A stretch of DNA of 64,000 nucleotides from Psammoneis japonica (GCA_008632985.1 QPGO01000278.1:1-64000), one strand, 5' to 3'. Positions 37,790 to 51,800 are shown, numbered from the stretch's first letter. The notes: generated by a model not told the origin, from the letters alone. A program made the numbers and translations.

Positions 37790-40700
37790 GAATGCTGTGG
37801 GCAACTTGACGCTGGTGCTTCTATCTCGTGCATGGGTGAACGTGACCTCCTTCACTCCCATCGGGAATTTTCTGATGAATTTCCTTGTCCTCTGGACATG
37901 GCCCCTGCTGTGGGATCCAAGGCCATTCCCCATGGTGTTGGTCATCTGCGTGTCCCTGCCGAAATGGACAATGGTTTTGTTTGTGTGCGGAGTTGCTGCC
38001 ACCCCGCTCTCCGTTCAACTCTTGTCAATGAACACAATTTCCTTACTCCCAATGGTGCACATCGACAAGTGCATTCAAAAGTTCCACGACCTCAGAACTT
38101 GTCGATTTGCTGCGAAACATTGTTTGCGGAAGAGTCAGGACGTCCTCACACGTGTGCAACTCATCAATGGAGAATGTTTTGCTCACCCATTGATTCGGCC
38201 TCAGACGACAGATGCAATTGACACATCGATTGCTCAACTCAAGGTGGATGACCCTGAATTTGCTGATGAGTGCAATGCTGTCACAGCACACCTTGTTGAA
38301 ACACACAAGGATTGCAAGCAGGAAGCCCTTCATCAAGAGAAGAAACTCATTCCTCGTTGCCATAAAGACCTGGAATTCCAGGAATGTGTTGACGATGAGG
38401 CTCCAATCCAGTCTCTCAAGGCCGACACCGAATGCTTGCTGTGGCATCAGCGTCTTGGTCACCCAAGTGATTTGCACTCATTTGATGCTCACAAGCATGT
38501 TGATGGAGTCCCCAAGTTCTCCAAAGGTCAATCTCCCCTTGACACTTGCCCTGCATGTGTTCAGGTGAAGCAGACCAAGACACCGGTTGGACCTGACACT
38601 GCTTGGACGGCTGCTCAACCTTGTCAAGGTCTTGCTGTTGACTTCTCTTTCTCTGGCATGAAGTCTAAAGACTCTGAACATGCCGTTGATTGTGTTGGTC
38701 TCAACAGGGAGACTTGTTGGATGCTTGTCTATGACCATTGCTCCCAACATCTCCATGGTGCTGCTTGTGTTTCCAAAGCCTCGCCGATTAGTTGGCTCAG
38801 CCGTTTCCAGGACGAACACTCGCCAAATTGTCCTGACAAACATGTGTTTGTGGACCAGGGTGGGGAATTGCACTCAAATCCTGAGGTGCAAAGACTTTTT
38901 GAAGATGACTTCAGTTGTGACATGCGCCCGACTGGAAAGGATGCCTCCAATCAGAATGGCCCTGTTGAACATGCCCACTTGACAGTGGCGAACGCAATTC
39001 GAGCACTCTTGATCGGCGCCGATTTGCCGATTAAATTCTGGCCTCATGTGTTCCATCATTGTCTTTGGATTAAGAATGCTGTCCCGCCCAAGGACAAAGA
39101 TCACTCTCCTTTGACAATTGCCACAGGAAAGGTGGATAACTTCAAGGATCTCTGCACATTTGGTTGTCGTGTGTGGGTGCACGGTTCTAACCAACGACCC
39201 GCCAAACTCAAGTCTAACTCGTGCAAGGGTGTGTTTCTTGTTGGTTGCCTGCCTGACACCACCAAGAATGTCTTGTGGTGTGATCCAGAGACATCACGCA
39301 TCAAGATTGCCAAGCATGTTCGTTTTCATGAAGGCATGAATGACCTCCCTCCTGACAAGATTCCGCCTGACGTTGTTCATTTACAACGTGTCCAGAATGG
39401 TGAACCATTGCCTGCTGAACCATCTGAAACAACAGTTGATGATTTTCATTTTACTGGCAATCCTTTTGCCAAGACACTGTCATGGACATTGAAAGGAACC
39501 AACTCAGACAGCTCCTGCGGCATGACCCTTGACACTGATCCACTCTACAAGCGGGTTCATTTAACGGGGATCAACCGTGCAAGTCCTGCGTCAGGCCCAT
39601 TTTCATCTTTGAAGGCCATGAGGAACAAGGCATTGGGCACACACATTGCATTGATTGATGGTGCTGACATGTTCACCAATGATCAGGCCCTGCATGAACT
39701 CCAACGGCTTCATGAGAAGGGCGCGGAAAGTTTCAATGTTGTGTTTGCACCTGAGCGGCGCCTTGACTCTCGTGAATTACAACGTGCTCTTGTTGAGCAC
39801 AACATTTTCTCCCCACCTCCTGCACCTGATGAGGACCATGTCCCTGAACTTGCCATGGCGGACATCATGCACATTGCTGCATTGCTGCATCCGGACACGG
39901 ATTTCTCCGATGTGACCCCAGGTGAACATGTTGAGGAACCGTTCGTTGACTGTGAGATGGCCACTGTCAACCTGTGTGCCATTTCTTCTCACACTGTTGC
40001 ACCTGAGGAGAAGGCCATTGGCAGTTTTGCACATCGGCATCTTAAGAATTTAGCTGCTTGGCCTGAATGGCTTGCTGGTGAGAAGAAACAACTTGACCAG
40101 TTTCACGATCTTTGAATGTTTGGTGCACCTGTCCAACGACCACCGGGTGCTGTTGCACTTCGCCCTCATTGGCAACATCAAATCAAACAGGATGGTGCTT
40201 GATGCTCCAGACAGTGTTGCAATGGTTCCCCTTGGGCTGCCCTGGCTCTACACTGCATCCATTCAACACACTCATGGTGCATTGAACAACCAATTCAGCG
40301 TCCATTTTTTGCCATTGCCGCTTCCTTGTCCTGTCGGGTCTACAATGCAGACACTCAAGATGCATGTGCACACTCACCCTGTCCTGCCAATCCTGTGCAC
40401 GTTGCCATTGACGATGCTTGCGCGACATGGCACAAGGAACGTTTTGGCATTGACATTGATCGTGGTGTGGTTTTGCCAATGCGTCATGCCCTCCAAGGTC
40501 ATCCCGAATTGGGCGTCTTGTGGGAGAAGCATGTCAACAGCATCCTTGCTGATGCCAAGCTACTTTTCAAGAGCACCGTGCATGACAAGTGCATCCACAC
40601 CTCGATGTTCAATGGAAAGAAGATCCTGTCACTCTGCCAGGTCGATGATTTCTCTGTCGCATGTCTGGAGGAATCTTGTGCTGTTGGGATTTTTGAGTTG

Positions 40701-41000
40701 ATTGGAAAGGCTCTTCAGACACCATCTGAGGACAAGCCTCCTTTCAAGTGCCTTGGCCCATGTGATGCTTTCAATGGTGTTGACGTTCATCAGTGCAATG
40801 ATTCATTGTCTGTCGCCTGTCACACCCATCTGGACCATGTCTTCATTTCCCATGGATGGGACAAACCGGCTGAGGGTGAACTTGACACTGATTTCCGTGC
40901 TGTGCCCATTCCAGTTGAGTCAATTGGCTCGCTTTGCCGCAAAGTTGGTCCCATGGAAGGGACGGCTGAGCATGATGAACTGGCAAAACAGGCTGGTTTC
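37790..41000 (+). mobile_element. pol: Ty1/copia element E: truncated pol (PR-IN-RT), no LTRs seen
   Basis: QLDAGAS, LWHQRLGHPS..C..C, DQGGEL, QNGPVE, TFGCRVWV, HVRFHE, HALQGHPELG.LW, QVDDF. Confidence 0.88.
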
Positions 41001-42045
41001 ATCGGCATTTCGCTCATGGTGCAAGGTGGGAAAAATCCTGGTCGTGCACGCACAGAATCGCAGCATGTTTCTACAACAGAAAATTTTTGTCAAAGTTGAG
41101 CTCAAAAAGTTGTCGGACCAAAAATGGCAGTGCCGGCTTGTTGCAGCTCACAAAATGATCGAATGAAGAAAGAATCAACAGCACAGAGAAATTGTGACCA
41201 GCACAAGGCCACAACCTGTCAGAGCACCAAAAGGACAGAGGCAACAATGGGTCAAAGACTCCCCAAAGACTGGGACAGTGATGCAACACGTGCGCCAGTG
41301 ATCAAGAATGAGAGGATCTCGGATGGAGATCCACGAGGCCATCTAAAAGGGTTTGTCCATCAATCCTGCAGTGCAGTCTGTCAGCATGCCATCATCCAGT
41401 AGACTGACACCAGCATTGATGACATCAGGTGGACACGGCAAGCAGAGCTCCAGCCCAGACCCAGTGCAACACCTCACTGCTGTCTGCACAGCAGATGAGT
41501 CTCCGTGCGTGCAGAGACCATTGCAGGTGCCCCTGTGAATGATGGGGACATGTGTTCCAGGGTCAGGAACAGTTTTTAGTCTGGCCAGGTAGAAGTGCCT
41601 GGTCTCATGCCTGTGATGGCACACCCAAATGTGCAGACACCCAGATGGCTAAGACACTTGGTTGGTGTGACTCGAGCCCAAGCCCACTTTGGCATTTGTG
41701 CCAGAATGTGCCACCATTGCTGACAGATTTCCATTCCCTGACTGAGAAATGGAGTGATCTTCCAGCACTCATGCCATCAATTTGTCGCTGTTGCTGTTTT
41801 CTGTTTTGTTGTTCATCATGCAGGCTGACTGCCAAAATTCCATTCTTCTTAGATTTTTGTCACTCCCCATCAACCTGAAACTGTGAATGTCACTCATCCA
41901 TCTCTTTTCAGTGGCTCCTGGCTTTGCTGACAAATGAACCCCAGAATCAACTCTTGTCACCACTCATGCATTTGTGTCCTTGCAATGTTCTCATTGCTCA
42001 ATGACAGCTCGAGGTTGTTGACAAGGGTCATCAAAACTGTCAATC

Positions 42046-42286
42046 TGACAGAAATTGAAAATGGCTGGGTGGAAGAATGACTCCTTGCTGCTGTCTAAAC
42101 AGCAGATGAGCATCCATGCAGAGACTGTTGCAGGAGCTGAAAGACTGGTGTTGTTGACATCGGTGCCACTGTTGTCATTCTTGTGAGCCATGTGGTTTGA
42201 AAGCAAACTGCATCGCTTGACGCGCACCGAACTAAGAGCACACATGATTGTGTGTGATGAACTAAAATCTTGTTCAAATCCTGTCA
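42046..42286 (-). repeat. Family A LTR (3' LTR of A3)
   Basis: TGACAGAAATTGAA...TTCAAATCCTGTCA, followed by CTCCCCAG (the PPT on the minus strand). Confidence 0.9.
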
Positions 42287-45200
42287 CTCCCCAGTTTGCT
42301 TGAGGGGTCAACAGCAACAGATTCAAGGTCAGATTGGCAGAAAGCCTCGGGATTGAAGTTTAAAACATCAGAGGATGAAGGAGGTTCCAGACTTGGGAGC
42401 AACCCCAGTGCTTGACAAGGATGTCAGCTGGGTTGTGGGAGCTTTCAATGAAATGAAACTCAAGGAAACCAGAAGCAATTGCCTCATGCACATGATGGAA
42501 CAAGAGGGCAGTGTGTTGCTTGTGTGGCTTGGAGTGCGGGATGGCAGCACTGTCCACAACCAACTTGTTGTCCCCAAACATGTGACATGTTTCAGGAGTG
42601 GGGACGCCAAGGTGATGTGAAGTGTTGCACAGATCAATGATCTGCTCAACGCACGTCCTTGCAGCAACAAACTCAGATCCACATGTGGCAGTCTCGACTG
42701 TTGCTTGTTTCTTGGAGAACCAATCAGCTGGAAACTGGTTGAGGAAATGAAGGATGCCGGTGACAGAGCATCGGGTGAGCATGCAATGGATCAAGTTCAC
42801 ATTGACGCAGTGTGTCATGGTGACAAACTTGCCAAGTGGCTCGGGCACATCTTGCGGGAGCAGCTCTTCTACCTCCCCACACTCTGATTGGGCCCAGTCA
42901 CACATGGGCTTAGGAAGGTCCGAACAGTCAGGCTCCTTGGTGCACACTTGGAGGGCACCATGACGCATCTTGGAGAGGAATCCGCAGACAAGTTTGGCAC
43001 GGTCCAGGTGGCCCTGGTGGGGTGCTGCACAGAAGCCAGACAGAGACATGACAGCCGCAGTGATGTCAATGTGACCAAGGGATGCGGCCCATTGCAGGGA
43101 ACCAACTGAGGATTGAAATTGGTGGATGCCATCCGGTTCAAGCAATTTGGAAGTGTCAAGCTCAGGGTGGTCTCCCTTGTCAAGGGATGAAAGCACATCA
43201 GTGCCGGGTTGGGGTCAGTTGTCAACCATGCGCTCAATGCACTTGCGGGGGGCAAGGCACAGGGTGCCGTCTGGATCGAGGGTGAAATTGCAACCAAGAT
43301 GGAACTCCAATGGTCCAGTGCCCTTGAGCTTGAACTTGCATTTCTACATGAGGGTGTCTGCAAAATCCTGGAGGTCCTTCATGGTGAAGGCCAGGTCGTC
43401 CACATGTGCTGCCATGCATTTGTGGTGTGCACCATTCCCACGCAGCCAGATGTCGGGTTCAGCTTTGCATGGGAAGAAGCCTTCAGCAAGCAAGCAATCA
43501 GCAAAGCGTTCATGCCATCTGAGGCCAGAGCTGTGGAGTCCGTACAAGGCCTCATGGATGACAAGGATGTGTCCTTCTAGCTTGCCGAATTCAGGGCCTG
43601 CTGCGATGTTCAGTTTCTCCTTGGTTGCAGCTTTGAGGTGGGCATTCCCAATGTCGGTGGCCCAAGTCTCCAGTCAGTTAAGTTCGGCTGGGAAGATCAT
43701 CATTTGCAGGCCACGAAGAGACACTGCTCCGGAATGGACACTGTGGACGGGTGTGTCTGTGAGGTGTCCATCGGCAACAAGCCTTGCTTTGTGCCATTCG
43801 TCATGTTTGACGTCGCAGACAAGATGCACCTGGATCTTCTTGTGTCCCAATGGGGCACTGGAATCTTTGTAATGTCCGCAGTCGTGGAAGACCTTGCACT
43901 CATCAAGCTGAGTCATCTCGAGGTCTGTTGCGTCTCCCCACTTGCGGTTGCCATTGCGCTCATCAAGGGCCAAGGGTGTGCTTGCAATCCCATGGCACTT
44001 CATGCCCGTCGATCATCCTTGGCAATGATGGCAAGGGGTTCGGACGTGATCTCCCCATTCTCCCATTCAAGCATGACATTGTAGCTTGAGCCTTTCCAAG
44101 AGGGATCATGGGGTTGCAATGGTCCTTTGTGCCATGCGATGCATCGGAACTTCAAGAGGGCAGTGCCCTCATCTTCTTGTTCGATGTGGTGCATGATGTC
44201 ATTGTGGGCTGGGACTTCCTTGCATTCGTCATTGTTGATGGAGCAAATGAACTTGACCAGTTCAGGATTGTCTCTGATTTTCCAGTCATGGTCTTCAACG
44301 GCTTTGATGATGTGGGCTCTGTGGCATTGTCCATCCTCTTGTGGCTTCATGAGGAAGGCACGTCCGATGATGTCCTCGGGGTCAAAGACTGGCATTTTGG
44401 GAATCCTGATCGCCTCCCCATCTGGTGAATCTGGTGAATCCTTGGAGTTGTGGCAGGATTCAATGATGGGCTCAGCAGATTTTTTGTCAGGAGGATCAAG
44501 ACACAGGTTTGGAGCAGACGGATCATGGGTGGAACGCATGTTGGAACAGCAGAGAATCTTCTGAGTGTCATCAGAAAGAATCTTGAACGTCATTTGGTGG
44601 CCCACGTGTTTGGCAATGCCAACAAAGCGACCACGTAATTCACAGGATTTGGACAGCCAGTTGGAATCATCCAGGTGACAACACACGGGTTCCCACCATT
44701 GAAAACAGAGGAGTGGGCTGATGTCGGGAGTAGAGCCGGACAGCACTTCGGTGGGGGTACGCCAGTGGAGCTTGGCAGACGCTGTGTGGTTGAGCAGGGT
44801 GCACATGTGCATCAGGGCGAGCAGCCAAGTGTAAGCCGGAGACCCAAAGCAATCCATGATGGTGTTGGCCATGGTCTTCACAGTTTGGTGGCGATGTTCA
44901 GCAAAATTCTGATGCTGTTGATGAGGCTTGCTTTGCCCACTAGAGATGAAGAGGGCACGGAGGATGCCAAGAACCTTGTTGCTGATCTCAACTTGAGCAC
45001 GGTCGCTGATGAGCTTGGATGGGGCACCATGATTGTGAATGTTGTCCTCAAGCATGTCAACAAATTCTCTGTTGGTCTTCATTCCGTGCACGTCCGTGAC
45101 AAGGGATTCGGTGCCAACAAAGAGCTGGGTGCTGGTGCAGCCGGAGTCAACGGCGGGCGTGTCAGAGTGCACCGTGTCAGAGGCAATGGGTTTGTTGCAT

Positions 45201-47860
45201 TGGTGAACATTTAGAGACGGGTTGGGTGACTTGTGCACCTTTTTCAAGTGAGTGCTGGCTGGCATGCGGGCACATTGTGTCGTGCAATCAAAAGTGCAGC
45301 AAACAGTGTCCTTCGGGAGAAAGCCAAAATGAGGGTGCAGAGACTTAAGTCAGGATCCTTTGGATTGATCTCGTGCCAATTGCATTCACAGAAGAATTCG
45401 GATGTCGGGAGCAGGTGGTCATCAAGGATGGAGTCCACAAGCATCGTGTTGTTGACAACATGACAGTGGTGACAGTTGCCGAACTCATCAAAGAGGTTGG
45501 CAGTTGGGTTGGCCTGGAGGTCAGATGCAGCATCATGCTGCGTCTCATTGTCGGTGAACTGGTGGTCCAGGACAGATGGGTCCCAGGTGTCATCACCAGT
45601 GAGGACAACATGTGGCAAGGTGTCCCATTTGGCATCAGTGTGCAGATGCATGGCGATGTACGGAAGGCCACCTTTGATGTCAATGGGGATGACGCATCCA
45701 TCAATGGTGGTGATGCATGGCAGTTGCTGGTGTGGGCGGTGTGCCAGCCAAGGATGATGGCCTTGGTGGACTGGGGCAAGGTGTCCCAAATGCTGATGGT
45801 CTGGCGGGATGCGATGCCATTGTTCCCTGGTGAGGGATTTGCTGCAAGACTGTGCAGCACAAGCTTGGACAACATCAACATCACTGTCGATGTCAAAAAA
45901 TGCATCATCATCAGGATCGTCAGGGGCCAAGTCATGTTCGTGTGTGGCATGGCGCGGAGCGCGAGGAGCCGTCTTGGGGGTGAATGTGCTGTTGCACTGT
46001 GCTGCTGCAGAAAGCAGGAGCCCACAGTGCTGTTTGTAAGAAAGACCTCTGCCATTCTGTGTGCGAAACTGATTGGCCTGATTCTTTGCCGAACGAAGTT
46101 CTTTGATGGGATGAACGGCATTCTCAAGCATGATGCGTTTCCGGCCATCACAGAAGTGGTCCGCACCCAGAATGAGAGCTTCACACTTGCAAAGCTGGTC
46201 TTGCCAGTGAAGCATGAAGGCATGAGTGGATCCTTTCCAGGTGCCATCACCAAGGCGGGCAGTGGTGAGGTGCAAGAGAAGGGTTGAGGGCTCCAGGGAT
46301 GTGCGAGCAGATGCAAGTGCACACTTGGACAGGTCACGACACACTGCTTGAGCATCAGAGGAGCCGACATGTTCACGAACAAGTGCCTTGCCTTTGTTGT
46401 TCTGCAAGATGTGTTCAAATGCGGCGAACATGCATTTCTGTTGTTCGTCGAACAGGGCCTTGTCCTCAGCTGTAGAGGGCTTGTACATTGGATCAAGAAT
46501 GCGGTCGACGTCCTGGGAGTGGGCCTGTGCAACGATGGAGGTGTGCCACGTGTGCCACTGTTTGTTGGACTTGAGAGTTGCAAAGGTGAGAGGGTCACGT
46601 TTGATGCCTCATTTTAAGTCACACACATGATCACGTGGTTTGGGTGGCAATGAGCCAGGAGTGGGAGCAGATGGTGCTGCACCGATGGAAAGGGACGCTG
46701 CGCACTCAGGACTAAGACAACAGTCAGTGAACTCCTCACATGTGAACAAGTGAGGGTCGTTGCTAACATCGGTGCCACCGCGCACTTTTGCCATGTGCAG
46801 ACTGATCAGCACAGCCATCTGTGCTTTGCAACCACATGGCAAGGGGATCTGATTGGCGCCATTGTTGTGAACCAGGGCATCCAGTTGCATCAGAGTAAAA
46901 GTGAAGAGATCCTGATGTGAGTCAGTTCCATCAATGTTGAGGGCGGAGCGCAATGGACTGTCTGTGGCTTGATTCAGAACAGTGCCCAGAATGTGCTCGA
47001 GGCCATCAATTTGTTGCTGCATGGTGAGAACCATGTTGCAACTGGGTGGGTGTTGGGACTGGCTAGAGTGGGAGGGTGAGCTTGAAACAACTTGAAACTT
47101 GACTTGAATCTTGACTTGAAGTCTTGAACAATCTTGCAAGTCAGAAGCCACTGGGCTGTGATGTCCCATTTGCAGTTGAGTGCTGAGCTTCCTTTCCAGT
47201 CCATGGAGTTGTGCTGGCACATCCAAACCCGCAGCTGGCAACGCTTTGGGTTGCCTGAGAGTGGAGCAACGGGTTAAAAACCCCTGCATCTGCTGACAAG
47301 CTGACCAGAGGTGGACAAGACCTCCGAACCGTTGTCATTTTGTGTCAGTTGGACAACCCAATCAGGCCGGCCAAATTTGGCACTGTGGAGGGACAAACAA
47401 ACATGGGAAATGCACCCTTGCCCCAACGCAGGCTGCAATCATGAACTGCTTCCTCTCACAGTTTTCCTCGTGGACCTTGCAGGACTGTAGAAGACCAGCA
47501 ATCCGGTGCAGACATGAGGCAGTAGACTTGGCGTGCGTGGAGCAAGGCCAGAGTCAAGGGTTTGCATCATGTGCGTGTGGACGTGAGTGGATGGATTGGT
47601 CTCTCTGCCAACCAGGGTAGAATCCGCTGTGTGGAATCCAGAATCTCGGATGTCTGAGAATTTGGAAATTCCTGACCAAACAAACATCTGTTGAACAAAC
47701 AAATCCAACGATGGGAGGCATTGGATGAATCCAAATGCACAGATTTAATCCAGCATCCAGCAGTGAAGAAGGCAGATGTGCACTTCCACCGCCAACAGTG
47801 CGCGTCATCGAAAAATTTCTCGACAACGATGATGAACGCTCAATGGACAAGAATGAGCAT
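42046..47860 (-). mobile_element. Copia family A copy A3 (5' LTR missing, protease deleted)
   Basis: UTR 47040-47860 resembles A4; gag MVLTMQQQIDG at 47034; integrase ORF 44000-45265; RT (KARLVADGH, YGLHSSG, HVDDL); RNase H ORF 42360-43196; PPT and LTR. Confidence 0.92.
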
Positions 47861-48581
47861 CAGAGGGCACAACATGGTGATCTGGCTTTGCCTTTTCATT
47901 GTGATTTTTGTCTCTTTAACAGATGAAATTTTCACAGTTTCAAACCTTGTTGGTCTTAGTGGATCGTGTCATTCCTGCTTGGACACAGGGATCTCTGTCA
48001 GGTTGTGAGCAATGCTCACACAGACGTGCAAGCAAGGCTCCTCTGCCACTGCCGACAACACATTTTCCTCTCGTTTCATTGTCGACAACACCGGCAGAGA
48101 GCGCCCACATCGTAAACTTTGCCGCTCCATCGATGACAACGACGTCTGCGTCTCGGATGCTGATTCACGCCATTGCTGTTTGTTTTTGCAGCTGCTTGCG
48201 TGGGTGTCAGTGTGCCTTCTACGTGCATCGCGATCTCCCTGGGTACACACCACAGAGATCCGACACATGCTGCCCCCACATGGTGGAACGACATTGATTT
48301 TTATTTTCGTTGTCGCTCACCATGGCCCCTGCTAACAGCACCCATTCGAAAACGGCATCCTCTTGGCAGGACACTCTGTCATCACTCCAGGCCGCTGTGT
48401 CACCTGTGTCGGCCGACGACTCCCCCATCTCTCCTCCTCCGGCGGAGACTGACCCCACTTCTGCTGGTGATGCAATGGCAGAGGACACTTCGGTGCCTCA
48501 CGATGCGCCCACGGCAGAGGACGCAATCGAGGTGGAAGCCACCATTGCGGCAAACATCACTGCTCCGGAAGCTGATGCGAG

Positions 48582-48857
48582 TGACAGAAATTGAAGGCAA
48601 ATGGCAAGAATTCAAACAACAACTCCTTGCTGCTGTCTAAACAGCAGATGAGTCTCCGCTCAGAGACCGTCACAGGAGCCGAAAGACGTGTGAGTCGGTG
48701 CAATCAGGCCACTGTCATCATTCTTGTGAGCCTTGTGGCTCGAAAGCAAACTGCATCGCGCGCGAACGCGCTGAACTAAAGCACACAAAACTGTGCGCGG
48801 CAAACTAAACAGCGTGCGACATTTCGCGCGCACCTGAATCCTGTTCAAATCCTGTCA
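48582..48857 (-). repeat. 3' LTR of A4
   Basis: TG...CA with a 14-bp imperfect terminal inverted repeat; PPT adjacent. Confidence 0.95.
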
Positions 48858-48889
48858 CTCCCCAGTTTGCTTGAGGAGTCACAGAAACA

Positions 48890-51800
48890 GATTCGACTTC
48901 GGATGGAATGAAGTTCCAGAACATGAGGGGGCGGAGAAGGTCCCAGACTTGGGAGCAACCCCAATGCTTGCTGAGAATGTCAGCAGGGTTGCGGGAGCCT
49001 TCGATGAAGTGGAGCTCAAGGTGACCAGAGGCAATTGCCTCACGCACATGGTGGAATGACAGTGCGGTGTGTCGCTTGTGTAACTTGGAGTGCGGGATGG
49101 TGGCACTGTCTACAACCAACTTGTTGTCACCAAACATGCAACTAATGTCACGGATTGGGACGCCGAGGCAACGCAGGGCAATGCGCAGGTCGACAATCTG
49201 CTCGACACAAGTCCTTGCAGCAACAAATTCGGACCCGTGGGTCGCAGTCTCCACACGGTGGCTTGCTTCTTAGAGAACCAATCAGCCAGGAATTTGTTGA
49301 GGAAGTGGAGCATTCCCATGACAGAGCGTCCGGTGAGCATGCAATGACACAAGTTTGCATCGACGCAGTGGGTGGCAGTGACAAACTTGCCAAGGGGCGG
49401 TGGAGCATCCTTCGGGATCATCTCCTCTGCTTCGCCGCACATGGAATGCATCCATTCACAGGGCGGTGCAGGGAGATCCCAATGGTCTGGCTCTTCCGTG
49501 CGAATGCGGAGAGGGCCGTGTCGCATCTTGGAGAGGCACCCACAGACGCGTTTGGCACGATCCAAGTGGCCTTGATGGGGTGCAGCTCGGAAGCCGGAGA
49601 GTGACATGATGGCCGTGGCAATGTCAATTCGACCAAGAGACACTGCCCATTGGAGGGAACCAACAAGAGACTGGAACTGTTGAATGCCATCGGGCTCCAG
49701 CAGTTCGGAAGTGTCCAGTTTGGGGTGGTCACCCTTTTCCAGAGGGGACAGGATGTTGGTGGTGGGTTTCTCCCCAAACAGTCATGTGCAGCTGTTGACG
49801 TTGACCATGCCTTCGATGCACTTGCGTGGAGACAGACACAAGGTGCCGTCAGGATCACGGGAGAAGTCGCAGCCTAGATGGAACTCAATCGGCCCCGTGC
49901 CCTTGAGCTTGAACTTGTGCTTTTCCGTGAGGGTGTCGACAAAAGATTGAGGATCCTTCATGGCAATGGCGAGGTCATCCACACAAGCAGCAACACATTT
50001 GCAGTGGTCGCCGTTCCTGCGCATCCAAATGTCGGGTTCGGCGCGGCAGGGGAAGAAACCTTCAGCTCGCAGGCAGTCGGTGAAGCGCTCGTGCCAGTGG
50101 AGGCCGGAGCTGCGCAGTCCATGCAGGGCCTTGTGGATGACAAGAATGTGGCCTTCGAGTTTGCCAAATTCGGGTCCAGCTGCAATGTGCAGCTTCTCCT
50201 TGGTGGTGGCTTCAAGGCAGGCATTGCCAATGTCGGTGGCCCATGTCTCCAACTCGTTGAGTTCGGCCAGGAAAATCATCAGCCGAAGGCCACGGAGGGA
50301 GACCACTCCGGAGCAGACACTGTTGATGGGCATGTTGGTGAGGTGCCCATCAGCTACGAGTCATGCCTTGTGGCGGCTGTCGTGTTTCACGTCGTGCACC
50401 AGGTGCACTCGGATCTTCTTGTGTCCCGCAGGAGGAGTGGAAGACCAGGAGGGCCCGCAGTCATGAAAGACTTCGCATTCATCGAGTTGGTCCATCTCGA
50501 GATTAGTTGCGTCTCCCCATTTGCGGTTGCCGTTGCGTTCATCTGGTGACATGGCATGTTTGCAGTTCCGGGGAACTTCGCATCCGCACTTGCAGCGAGG
50601 TGCAGTGCGGAAGGAGCGAAGCTTGGCTTGGTTGGCCATGCGGAATGGCTTCTTCTGGCGCCTCGCGATGGTGCGGAACCGCTTCCAGCCATCAGTGTCG
50701 AGAAGTCCGTTCTCTCGTGCATAGATGGCGCAAGTGACAGGGTCGTCCTTGGCGATGATGGCAAGAGGCTCGGACGTGATCTCCCCACTTTCCCATTCAA
50801 GCATGATGTTGTAGCTTGAGCCTTTCCAGGTTGGGTCATGAGGCTTCAGAGGTCCTTTGTGTGACACAATGCATCAAAATTTCCAAACAGCAGTGTCTTT
50901 GTCTTCTTGCTCAATGTGATTCATGATGTCGTTGCAGGCCAGGACTTCCTCGCATTCGTCGTTGTTGACAGAGCAGACGAACTTGGTGAGCTTGGGGTTG
51001 CTGTTCACTTTCCATTCGTGGTCTTCGACGGCCTTGACGATGCGAGCTCTGTGGCGTTGTCCGTCCTCTTGTGGCTGCATGAGGAAGGTGCGTCCCATGA
51101 TGTCTTGCGGATCAAAAACTGGCATCTTGGGTGTCTTGATCTCCCCATTGGGTGAATCGACGGGGTTGTCGTCATGGCGAGTGACAGAAATTGAAGGCAA
51201 ATGGCAAGAATTCAAACAACAACTCCTTGCTGCTGTCTAAATGGCGGATGAGTCTCCGCTCAGAGACCGTTGCAGAAGCCGAAAGACGTGCAAGTCGGTG
51301 CAATCGGGCTGCTGTTGTTGTTCTTGTGAGCCTTGTGGCTTGAAAGCAAACTGCATCGCGCGCGAACGCGTGGAACTAGAGCACACAAAACTGTGCGCAG
51401 TGAACTAAACAGGCAAACCGAAACGATCCATGACAGTGTTCGCCATGCGCTTCATGGTCTGGTGTCGACGTTCGGCAAAGTTTTGGTGTTGCTGGTGAGG
51501 CTCACTTTGCCAGCTGGAGACAAAGAGGGCTCGCAGGATCCCGAGCACCTTGTTGCTGATCTCAACTTGAGCACGGTTGCCAATGAGTTTGGATGGAGCA
51601 CCACGCTCACGGATCTGATCCTCAAGTGTGTTGACAAACTCTTTGTCCATTTTGGTGCCGCAGACGTCAGTGACGGCAGACTCAGTGCCAACAAACAGTT
51701 GGGCGCTGGTGCAACCAGAGTCGATGGCCGGGGTGTCGGCATGAACGGTGTCAGTGGTGACGGGCTCATTGTGGTGGTGCACATTGAGGGCGGGGTTGGG

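Noticed and set aside
41000..41990. Possible DNA-transposon end or gene fragment (similar stretches at 9900-10230 and 62240-62830)
   Set aside because: No paired TIR, TSD or recognisable protein motif could be established by eye.
48582..48857. MITE family with TGACAG termini (5 copies)
   Set aside because: The adjacent PPT and PBS and the TSD spanning 48577-55379 show these are LTRs of family A.
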